Below are positions 42,097 to 53,700 of a stretch of 64,000 nucleotides of DNA, in pieces. A model generated the notes under the pieces. It had not been told where the DNA came from and did no database searches. It saw nothing but the letters and a program-made list of their open reading frames with translations. Source of the stretch: Lingula anatina. Taxonomy: Eukaryota > Animalia > Brachiopoda. Position 1 is the stretch's first letter; the number at the start of each line of letters is the position of its first letter. A program made the translations under genes and the position numbers. Location: assembly GCA_051362555.1 (NCBI GenBank), contig CM120640.1:64458788-64522787 (forward strand), read 5' to 3'.

Positions 42097-42857
42097 CAGC
42101 AAGTGTTAGTAGAAGTGCTGACAACTGTGGTAAGTATTAATACTAGTATGGAGGGGAGGCTATACACTCACACTGAGACTATAGCAACTTCCTTAGAAGA
42201 AAAATGTAATTATCCTAGGATGTAGATGTAGTGAAGAAAGCCAATTTACAAAAGGAATGGGTTTTAGACATATTCTTGACATGTGCATATTCTAGGTTTT
42301 TTTCTAAAGTTGTGATTAGGTCAGACAGTAACTACCAGATGACATTATGCATATATGTTTTTTAGGTTGCTATGGTGGAAGTTCAGTTAGAGAAGAGTAC
42401 TCCAGAGAGTCTTCTTATAGCCTTCAGTGTGACAACTACCCTTCTCGTTGCAGTTCATATGTTGGCCCTGCTCATCAGCACATGTATTCTACCAAATATT
42501 GAGGCAGTTAGTAATGTGCATAATGTCAATGCTGTGCTAGAATCTCCTCATGATCAGATGAACTGCTATATTCAGATGGCATGGGCCTTTTCAACAGGTA
42601 TTGGGATTCTTTTATTTCTTGCAGAAATAGCCCTGTTATGCTGGGTGAAATTCAGCATGTACAGTTATTATGCTGCTCTGGCATCTACTGTTCTGATTGT
42701 GCCAGTGGTGGTTTTACTTATCGGATTTGCCATTCATTTTTACCGACAGCTGGTGTCCCACAAGTATGAGCGATCAAACAGAGATATTGAAGAACTTGAA
42801 AACATGGCTACACAGCTTGATAACCATATGAATGCAAGCAACATTCAGAATGTTTAA
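41350..42857 (+). CDS. ORAI1: Orai (CRAC calcium channel pore subunit), 200 aa (218 aa from the upstream in-frame ATG at 41296)
   Basis: Exons 41350-41460 and 42366-42857. Motifs [29 protein letters not shown]|VAMVEV (selectivity Glu), [35 protein letters not shown] and FYRQLVSHK. Confidence 0.96.
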
Positions 42858-42976
42858 TTTTTAAGGTGCAAAAGGTACACTGTGCCAATCTCATATCATA
42901 TTTGGGCTGGGGCAATCCATATAAATTCCATGTGATGGAACAAGGGTTTAAAAGTTAAAATATCACATAAATAATG

Positions 42977-43020
<44 letters not shown>

Positions 43021-45054
43021 TATGGATGGGTCATATATTTTGTGTTGTAAAATTTAATATACATGATTGCTATGTTGTTCAGGGATTGATTATGGTTACA
43101 ATCATAATTAAGACAGGGAGAAAGAAGTAAATCTGTTTAAACTATATGTGGTGGTGAACTGGTTCTGGCTTTGCTACAACTACTCTGGCTGCAAGGCACA
43201 ACACAACTGTGCCAGAGTTAATTGATCATAAAAGAGACTGAAGATCCCGTTGACAAACACAGACGTATTATTTTGACATTTAAAATCTCTAGTCACATTT
43301 CTGTATTGATCATGTACTAACATCATGTGTTCAACTTACAAAGTTGAGCATTATGTATTAATAAACCTCGTACTCTTCTGTGTAATCCTTCTTAATACAT
43401 ATATATTAGTATATATGACAATATAATTTATTACTGCTAGACCATTTAGCATATATTCCCATTTGTCATTATCCCCTCTCTTCCCATCATCATAGGGGAC
43501 ATTTAAATTATATTTATTAATGCTCTTAAGTCTTTGTGTCATGTGTGCTGTGCTATAACAGCTGGTAAAACACAGTATTTTTTGATGTTTATGTTATATA
43601 ATAAGTTATAAGTGCTAATTTTTTTAAAACTCATTTGCCCTTTTATTAATATTAACTCATTTTGAAAGAGGCAATTTTCTATAAAAAAAAATGAATATTT
43701 GACAAAGTATGAGCACCGTTTTAATTTTTTGCATTGCAAGGGCTTTTGAAAAAAATATTAATCTTTAGCCAGTCAAATGCCCAATTTAACTTTTGTACTT
43801 TACTGGAAGGAGTTTAAGACAGCAAATGATCATTGCCAATTGGCTATTAATTGTATACTCCATCCTAATGTTGTTCACATTGTGTATATCATGGTGATGG
43901 ATCCACAAACTATAATATGAATTGTTTAATTTGTGGATTGTAGTCAGTTTCCTTAAATTACCCAGACATCCTGCTACACTGGCAAACTGATATTCTCACA
44001 TTTAACATGTTGTCCAACTATTTTTAGATTTTTCTAGACCAAAACCTTGTGAAATACCACACACATACATGCAGCACACCTGGATTTTAATATAATATTT
44101 ATTGCACTGCATTTTTAAAAAAAAATCTTGTTGGTGCAGGTTGTAATTTCCAGTGAAAAATACGTCATCATTTTGCTGCAAGGAAAATGCATTATTCAGA
44201 TGATTCAGGTTAAATGATTTCTCTTTACTCATTTTTAGTTGATTTTACAAACAATCTCAGAAAGTTAAAGTTGGACAGAGTTTTCATGCATCAGGAGTGA
44301 TGCAGATCTTGTTTTTGTTGTAGACTCATGGGTAACAATAAAAATTAGTTGAAAGTTGACTTGATCACCTTCCATTGCAAGCTATAAAACTGCATTCTTC
44401 ATTCCGTGCACCTGTTGCATGTCATTAATAACTCAATAAATAACTGTTTTAGGCTGCACATTAGCTCTGTGTGCCTTTTTAAGGAGATTTATGTCAAAAG
44501 CTCATTTGGACAATTTATTCCTCCAGTTAAGTTTTTTTTCCTGTAGGCAATTTGTGTTTAGTATTAATAATTCTCATTGCACAAATCTGTGTGTGTGTGG
44601 GGGGGGGGGGGGGGGGTATTTTTCTGAAAAAAAAGTAGACCTTTCTACCCACTTAGTTGACCCAGCTGTTGACTTATTTGAGAAATGGCATAGAACCTGG
44701 ATCAAATTTTGATTCAGACATTTACTGGTCAAAAGGGCAGTTCTTACTAGCCTGCCCCCTCCCAACCCCCCTGGCTGAGAGCCTGTTACAGAAAGCAAGG
44801 TATGGAATATATTCATTTAGTACAATACCAGTAATACAGTTATGTATTTCAGACATTCGTGCAACTGATGTTATGTTGTGCCGAATATGGAACAAAAGGC
44901 TGTCCTTTTTTTATTTTACTTTAGCTAAATGGTCTTCATAAAATTATTAGGGCATTGTATTTGTTAAAATGTCAGGTCTCCAGCCTTGTTTCACATTAGA
45001 ACTTTAAAAGTCTTAACTTGAAGTCCGTTAAATTTCATTGAACTTAACACAGGA

Positions 45055-45056
<2 letters not shown>

Positions 45057-45111
<55 letters not shown>
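45057..45111. repeat. (AT)n microsatellite
   Basis: Pure AT run. Confidence 0.9.
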
Positions 45112-45116
<5 letters not shown>

Positions 45117-45927
45117 TTTGTGAATTATAAAGTTACATATTTGAGCAGATTCCCTTTAAGTATAAATCCTTACGACCATTGTCTAACACAACTCAAATAA
45201 AGCCCATATGCCAAAGGATAAACCAAATAATTAGCTCGAAGCTTTAAAACCGCACATTCTGACTTACTTATCCGCCCCTCCAGTTTGTAAAAGTTTGACA
45301 AATGACGTAACAACACACTCCTGCATCTGCATGTGCAACAGCATAAATATTCAAATAAGGTATAGCACAGAAATAAGGTAGAAAATATCAGTTTAAATAA
45401 CATTTTAATGGAAATATGAAAGATACCCCTTGGTATTTCTTTTAAGTTATACTGTTTGAAATTATAAGGTGGCATTTAGTGGTTCAGTGGCAAAGTTTGG
45501 TATGTCAGCTTGAAATGCATTTTTAAAGAAACATAGGACATTGCTACATTTTAGTTGACTAGGACAGATTAATCTAATGTCAGTGTTGATAAAAATTCCG
45601 GCCTCACAGTTAATATTCCCCTCTACTGTTAATATGCTTAGAAGTAATTTTTATTTGTTGATCTGTTATTTTAAAAAGGTATGTTGCATAAACAGATAAG
45701 ATTTTCAATAAACAAATTACTATATGTGTATATTTTTACTTTTATTTATTTACAATAGTGTATATTTACATTTCAAATATCTTAACATATAAACAAGATG
45801 TACAAATATTGACATAAATCCCACCAAGTGTTCAATGAAATGTCAGTCCTCCACATGAGGCTGTGGATGTTGAAGTATTCAGGCAGGGTCCAAACGTGAT
45901 ATCCAAATAGACACCCAAATATTGTCC

Positions 45928-48649
45928 TTATTCTTGTTCTTGCAGAAACATATTTTCAGCCTCCTCTAATACCAGTTCTGGTTCTGCTAGTTTTATCTGA
46001 AATTCAAAAAGGTAAATTGATAATTGTTTTAGGAGGCTTGTTTGAAATATTTACTTAATCATGACTAACGTGTGAATTTCATATTCTGGTACTCTGTTCT
46101 CAAATGTACAAGTAATGTACATTCAAAGGAAACGGTGGTAAACTATACTTACTACATGTACCAAAAATATTGATTTTTGGGTCATTTTTACATTTTTTTT
46201 TTAAATTCATACCCAATTTATCTCTTATTGGAAGTAACATATACCCATGTGGTAAATTATTCAAAACTGCATCTTTAAAATCTACCCCTTTTAAACCAAC
46301 ATTCATATTTTGAAAAATAAATAACTTACAGCAGTTATGGGATATTTTGTAGGATCAGGAGCATGTTGTCTGCCAAAGTCTTTCATAGCACCACACTTAG
46401 CAATATCTTCAACCCAGACACCTTCATAAAGCTGACCCTTGTCCAAGTAAAAATATTTTCCTCTTCCATTTTTCTTCCCATCCTTCCATTCACCCTCATA
46501 TCTGTTTTCATTGGCTTTTGAAAATAAGAGAGGGTAATGCAGTGAGCTGTGACATACTTAAGACTGAACACAAACATAATTATAAGTTTAATGTATAAAA
46601 AGACAGTTTTTAATTATTTTTCCTCCTTATCTCTAAAAATAATTTGTTAATGTCTAAAGGCATGTTTAATCTACTTTATGCCCCTATTTCACACAGACCA
46701 CGAATCCCACGAATGGCCATGAATTGACAAACTTCATGAACTGATTATGATTCAACCACGAATCGTGAAATTTAACAGATTCGTATATATTCGTAGTCAG
46801 TTCTTGCACTTCTTGACCAACAGGAATGGGTGGCAAAAACTTTGATGCCCCTATTTCACACAGACCACAAATCCCACAAATCGCCAGGAATTGAAAATTT
46901 GGTTGAATCGTAATCAGTTCGTGAAGTTCTTAACAGATTCGTATATAATCGTAGTAAGTTCTTGCAATTCTTGATCAATCGGGAATTCGTGGCAAAAATT
47001 TTGAGCTGTTCATAGTTTTGGCCACGAACTCCCGATTCCAAGAAATCATAGTGAATTTCTGGACAATATTCGTGCGATTCCAGCCGAATCCCACGAATAT
47101 TCGTAACACTATCGCACCTGTATCATAACTGAATCGTAGAGCGTGTCGAATAAGACCAGAAAATTGGCAAAATCTCACGATTCCAGCCGAATCCCACGAA
47201 TATTCGTAACACTATCGTACCTGTATCGTAAGTGAATCATGAGCGTGTGGAATAAGACCAGAAAATTGGCAAAATCTCACGAATCCTCACGAATCCTAAA
47301 ATTTGTCAATTGGTCTGTGTGAAATAGGGGCCTTAAGCAAGTAAACATAAATTCTCAATTGCTGTTCCTTTAATCAAGTTAAGTGAAGAAAAGAGGTTAA
47401 AAAATGAAAAAGTGTTGATGAGTGTGGAGCTCTGTAGTGTTAGCCAGTAAATAGAAAGATATTGAAAACCTCTGGAATATCTGTAAGTTGTATTTTTTTT
47501 TAATATTTCACATATATCAAAACACATAATTGGTGTTTTTTAAAAAGTCCAATTCAATTTCATGGGTTTTGCTAATCACTGATTCTCACCTAATCGCAAC
47601 ATTCCTTGTCCATTGCACATATCGTCATACCATTCTCCTTCATATATATTTCCATTAGCATAGTACATCCTTCCCCAGCCACTTCTTTTATCAGCATACC
47701 ACTCTCCTTCATAATATTCATTATCAGAATAATACTGTGTTCCATAACCCTGAAAATTACAATTAAAATGTATTAAACTAAGTATCTTGCATAATGTGAA
47801 TAGACTAGATCTTTATTTATTTATTTGTGTGTGTGTGTGTGTGTGTGTGGGGGGGGGGTTTAAAAGGTCCTTTGACTAGACTGAAAAAAAACTTTTTTGA
47901 CACATATTGACTCCTAAGATTATTGTTTAAATGTGCAACTTGCATCTTGTCACATTAATAATACCAATTCCTAAAAATGAAAATCATAACTTTCACTATA
48001 AAAGGGAAATTAACTAACAAAACACTTTTTCAGATCACATGTTGTATATACATCGAAACGTTAAACTTCAAATTATTGCATTTATACCAGTTAATAGAAT
48101 TATTAACATAATTACTGTCATCTTTTAATTAAAAAATAACTATTTAAAAGTATGTCCATATACGCATTATTATTCTGGAAAACAAAGAAAAACAATAGGC
48201 TTACATGTCTCATGTGGTTTTTCCAACCTCCAGAATATTCTTTTTTAAATCCACCTTTTCCATCAGGTGTGCTGAGTGTTCCAAAACCATTCCTTTTTCC
48301 ATTTTTCCAGTCTCCATCATAAATAGCTCCCGTTGATTTCCATTTATATGTTCCTTTGCCTGAAAACGACGAGAAAGCTTTATTCACCAAGCTGCATGAA
48401 TTGTGAACAACACGATGATCAGTGATTAAGATAGTCTTATGTAAAGTAAGGAATATCCTGCCTTCACGTGAAAAACGAAGAAATGGTTTTCTTAGGGAAC
48501 TCACCATGTTTTTTATTATCTAGCCATTCCCCGGTGTATTCGTCACCATTTACAGAGTAAACGGTGTGACGGATCCCCTTCTTCTGTGCCTTGTAATCCC
48601 AATCTTTCCATAATGGTTCTGTCACCTTTGGTTCTTTTAAATGAGGCAT
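45928..48649 (-). CDS. MORN3: MORN repeat-containing protein 3, 237 aa
   Basis: Exons 48649-48505, 48359-48205, 47749-47590, 46514-46330, 45996-45928 (714 nt). N-terminus MPHLKEPKVTEPLWKDWDYKAQKKGIRHTVYSVNGDEYTGEWLDNKKHG; repeated YxGxWxxxxRxGxG motifs. Confidence 0.93.
46679..47332. mobile_element. PIF/Harbinger-like MITE with duplicated left end in MORN3 intron 3
   Basis: TTA|TGCCCCTATTTCACACAGACCA ... TGGTCTGTGTGAAATAGGGGCC|TTA; second left TIR at ~46847; many CACGAAT/ATTCGT motifs; internal ~100-bp duplication within 47076-47280. Confidence 0.8.
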
Positions 48650-48761
48650 TCTAAGCCTTGATGACTAGACTACTAGTTTGATAAAAGTTTCGCCAAACTG
48701 AAAACAGTGTGTTGGACCACTCGTTGTAATTTGTCAACATATCCCCAACACGCAGGCTGTT

Positions 48762-48782
48762 TGCGCATGTTGTCTTGGCGAC
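48762..48782. promoter_or_regulatory. RFX X-box-like site with adjacent NRF1-like motif in the MORN3/SIAE divergent promoter
   Basis: GTTGTCTTGGCGAC at 48769-48782, 120 bp upstream of the MORN3 ATG; TGCGCATG at 48762-48769. Confidence 0.55.
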
Positions 48783-49148
48783 CCAAGCTCACCGATACGA
48801 ATCTATTACTGGTAAGATTCCAAGAGAATAACGCTACGTTACTGCGAAATTCGTGAATGAAAAAACTATAAAAGTAATGGCTTTAAAGAAAAGAATAAGC
48901 AACTATTTTAGTACTTAATATTTCAAAATTTTCTTCTTGAAACCAAAAATCATTCAATATTACAATGCACACAACCTGTGTCGGCTGTGTGTCTTTCTGG
49001 CCGAGCGATGCTAGAATTTTTATTGAAAACGAGACAGAGTTGTGGAGAAATTCTGATTAGCAGGCATTGTATACAATACATCATGACTGAATAGTCTCAA
49101 AAGCCCGGCCAGAAGATATAATTTTGTTTCTTGTGTTACAGATTGAAG

Positions 49149-50747
49149 ATGAGGCCTTTATTGATACTGTTGCTCTTGGTTATATTTAACAGTGCATCAA
49201 CAAGAGCTGGAAAAAGTAAGTAATATCTAAAGATTTTGAGGTTGAAATGTATATATACATGTATACTCAGTATATCTTTCAGCAAGGAGTTCCAACTGTT
49301 GGAACTCCTTGCTTTCAGTAAAAATAATATTAAAAGAAAACATTACTTTTACTTGGATCATTTGGCCCAAGCTTTTGAATATGCATCAATAGCAAATGGA
49401 ATAAATAATATACCTTAATTTAATGTAATGTTATTGTTATTTATGTCATATCCTTCATAAAATATGCATTTGCCTGTATTAAAATAGTTTACAAAGTTTT
49501 TATACTGGTCAACTATTCAACCGCAACTCAGCACTGCCAGGACTACTGGTACACCATGTAAACTGTACCAGTACATCATTATCAAACATCATAGCACTTT
49601 ATCTGTATCTGGATCCAGTATTGTAATTGTTTATCACCTGTTGTAATCCTTTATCACCTGCAAATGCAGTTGTGATTATAATTATTTATCACTAAATACC
49701 AAACAAAAGTTACAGATAATGGGTGCATGCAGGGGTGACTAGCCGCCATGTAATATTTATTTTATGCTGAATTGTTTATGATTAAAATCCTAGTTTTTTT
49801 CCAAAGTTTTTGACAAAAAATAGAACACTTTATTTTCATCTGTTTGTAAATGAGAGCTGAGATAGAAGTTCACAACCTGTACCAGTATACAGTGATTTGT
49901 TCAACAACATATTGTGCAGTCAAATTTATAATATGCTTCATTATAGGTGTTTCACATTTAAAAAGAATAATGGATGTTGCAAACCTAGGAAAAGGTCATG
50001 AAAACAAAATTTATCCAGTTTTAAAATCTTTGTAAATAACTATTCCCTGCCCCATACATGTAGATGATGGACAGTCTGTGTGTGTTTGTATAATAACCCA
50101 TTCAGCATTATTATCTTTTGTAGAAGTTACTGCTGACCTGAGCTTTGCCAGTCATTATGGAGATCACATGGTGCTGCAGCAAGCACCTAAGCAGGCTGTG
50201 GTATGGGGGTTTGCAAAAACTCTAGGATCAGTAGTCAAAATCACTGTACAGAATGATTCTTATTCTGCCACTGTGCAAAAAAGTAAGTTTTTTTTTTTTC
50301 ATTTAAACTGTGTAAATGCTGGTATCCTAGTAATTAATGTGTCATAAACAATATTTTTTCCAGAAATTTTTCCACAATCAAAGTTGTTTTTGAAAATTTT
50401 CACCTTATACCTTGAATATGTCAGATTTAGACCCCATATTTGCAGGTCTTAAATTTATTAATTGCTCTTTCAAATTTTGAAAAAAAAAACTTGCCCCTTC
50501 ACATGTTTCTAAAGGCTCATCTTTTCATGCTTCTTGAAAAAAAAATATTTTCAGATCCTCAAGACAACCCAGGACCAGGTGTATGGAAAGTTTTATTAAA
50601 GCCCACACCCTCTTCCACTCCCCCTGTGATTATAAGTGTTAAATCTGTTGATGGACAGGTGGCAATCAAAGATGTCCTCTTTGGAGATGTATGGCTGTGC
50701 TCAGGACAAAGCAACATGCAGTTTACAACAGATATGGTGACTATGAA

Positions 50748-50785
<38 letters not shown>

Positions 50786-53700
50786 GTTAGTAATTTCACA
50801 AAAAAATACCAAGATACAGGTGCATACCTACACTTCATCAAAAATGAAACCCTTGAAAATTTTACAGTCAGGTGTACTAAATGTTATTATTATGGCTCTC
50901 ATATACCCATAAAAATCAAAGGCAAAATTAGGAAAATACACATGTGAAATGGCACTTTACATACTGGCTGATTTGAAAAAACTGACACAATGTTACATAT
51001 ACTGGCACATGTACATTTTTTGCACAGTCTTGAAGAGTGTTAGATTCAACAGCTCAATATGTATTTTTTCAAGATGCTGAATGCAAGTGAAGAGCTTGAA
51101 GGAGCCTCAAAGTACACTCATGTAAGACTTTTCACTGCTAGTCAAGTGACATCAGATGTGCCACTTCTTAACTTAAAAAGTGTAGAAGAGGTTTGGTCCT
51201 TAGCAGCAAAAGGTTTGGAATAATTGTTTTTTTCTTTTATTTATTTTTATAGGTGGTTATACAATAGCTTAGAAACATCTGGCTAAAAGAACAGTTATTT
51301 ATGAAAAAATGAAAAGTAAAATACAAGTTACAAAACAGTGTATGTATTGGATGAAAATGTTTTTTTAATGACACATCTTAAATATCTTGAAGATGAAATG
51401 TCCAAATAAGTCACAGGAACACATATTGTTAGGATGAGTACCATTTCGTGTTTGTGTGTCCTCGGTATAATGGCTACAGAGCCAAATATATTCCCGGCAT
51501 TCAGGTAAACGTATTCAACTTTAATAAGCTCATGAAATCTGAAGATGCAACTCTCTCAACAAACTTGTCAATGTATGTGTATGAGTGCTTCAAACTTAGG
51601 TATATATAGAATGCATTAATTTGACTCCTGTTACCGTTATGTAATATAGGCTGGTGGCTGTTTCACCCAATCAGTCTTTGTATGGACATTTGCCAAATCT
51701 AGTAGTCTACTGGTAAATTTGAAGCTACCATCATTATAACTGTTACTGGTTTATATTTTGACAAAAATGAAATTTTGAATATAAAATGGTTTGATATATG
51801 AATAGTGCTGTGCATTTTTCTTTAACAGACACTGTTGGTCACCAACCATGGAAATATTTCTCAGCAGTGTGCTGGTTGTATGGGCGGATGCTATATGACA
51901 GGCTCAAGTATCCCATAGGCCTGATAGACACAACTTGGGGAGGGACCCCTGTAGAAGCTTGGTCATCCCCAGATGCTCTAAGGCAGTGTTATGGTCAGAG
52001 GTGATCCTTTGTACTAAGCTTCACTTTAGAAAAGAATTCATTTTTAGGAAATTTGACGAGATGTTTTGCAGTCTTAAGTTATATTTAGTAGAATGAACTT
52101 CAGATTGACTGAAAGAAACCTAATTTCATATTCCAATGGAAAATTTTAATTATACAGGTATATGTCTGGCTTGCTACTAGAGACTGGATCACCCTTCTCA
52201 TAAGCTACATGTATGTCAAGTGTACACATGAGAAATGTTACAGTCTGTAACAAGTTTTTTCATCAAAAAATAAGAATAGATTAGCTAGGCTCTCATATAC
52301 CTACAAAAATCAAAAGCTAAATTAGGAAGTACAAATGTGAAATGGCACTTTACTTACAGGCTGATTTGAAAAAAACTGAAACAATTTTACATATACTGGC
52401 ACCTGTACATTTTTTTTTTTTTTTTTTTTTTTTGCACAGTCTTGAAGAGCGTTAGATTCAACAGCTCAATATCAGTGTTAGATTCAACAGCTAAAATGAT
52501 TTGAATTGGCAGAAGAAGATGAGAAATATTGCATCATATTTCACCAAATTGCTATATTTTGTAAGAAATATTTGTCGTAAAACATGCTAGAAAGACAGCA
52601 TTTATGTTGATGCACGTAGCTCAGAAAAACTTGCAATTAAGTCTTTCTATAAGGTCAGTCTAAGAAACTTTTTATGATATCAACTGAATAATTGGTAGCA
52701 GACAATGGCTTATTTGAAAGAAAAAATATTGGTTCCATGTAATATTCTTAGCATCTTATTATCACCTTATGAACACATCTATATTTGATGTATTTATTTC
52801 TGAATCACCATAGTAATATATACTGCATGTGTATAGGGTACTGGTCATATTTGCTAGTTCTGGTGTATTTAAAATAATTTACATTAATTTTTAGCAACGA
52901 AGACAGGGTGAAAGTGAATGACCCAATGTTTCCAGAGGCTCCAGGTGACCATACTGTCCTGTGGAATGCCATGATACATCCTTTCCTCAACACAACTATT
53001 TATGGAGCTATCTGGTATCAAGGTGATTTTATTAAAACACTTCGCATTTTTATTCAGAAATTTCCAGTTGCCCTCCCTCAAATAAAGTGAACGAAAAATG
53101 AGCATTTTTAAGGGATTATGCACAAAATTTGTCAACATAAAATTGACAGAAAAATTAAAAAGGGGGAAAGATGCTGAAGAGGGGAAAGTACTGTGAAATG
53201 GTGAATAGATAAATAACATTAAGTCAAAGAACAAAATGCATGCTATCTTTCTTTTGTTAATATCTTAGTTGTAATTATGGAGAATACCTTATGCACCATA
53301 TTCAGATAAAAGTTAACAGTGAAAGCTGTCATCTTTGGAGCAATAAGTGAATGCTAACATTATGTTAGTGTTTCTTCAAAAGGTCAATGGGAAGTACAGA
53401 GGGTACCACTCCTGTTGCTTCTGAGTTGCACCCTTTCTATAAAAAAGGGGGATTAAAAACCAATCAAATTTTCCATTCCCTTTTCTGACTTATTATAATA
53501 ATAATAAAGTCCCATCTGTTTTAAATTTGCTTCCTTTGGATTGGCATTTTTTTAAAAATCCTTTCTAACCCCTTTTTTTTAAATAAAATGCTGCATCTGT
53601 CTGTTGTAATAGATGGCCAAGAAATGTTGGTCTGTGCACACACAAATTAGGCTAGAAACTATGCGAAATTTTTTGTTTTTCAAAGACTAACATGTTATGT

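Noticed and set aside
46856-47178. Short ORFs inside the Harbinger-like element
   Set aside because: No transposase motifs; the element is non-autonomous.
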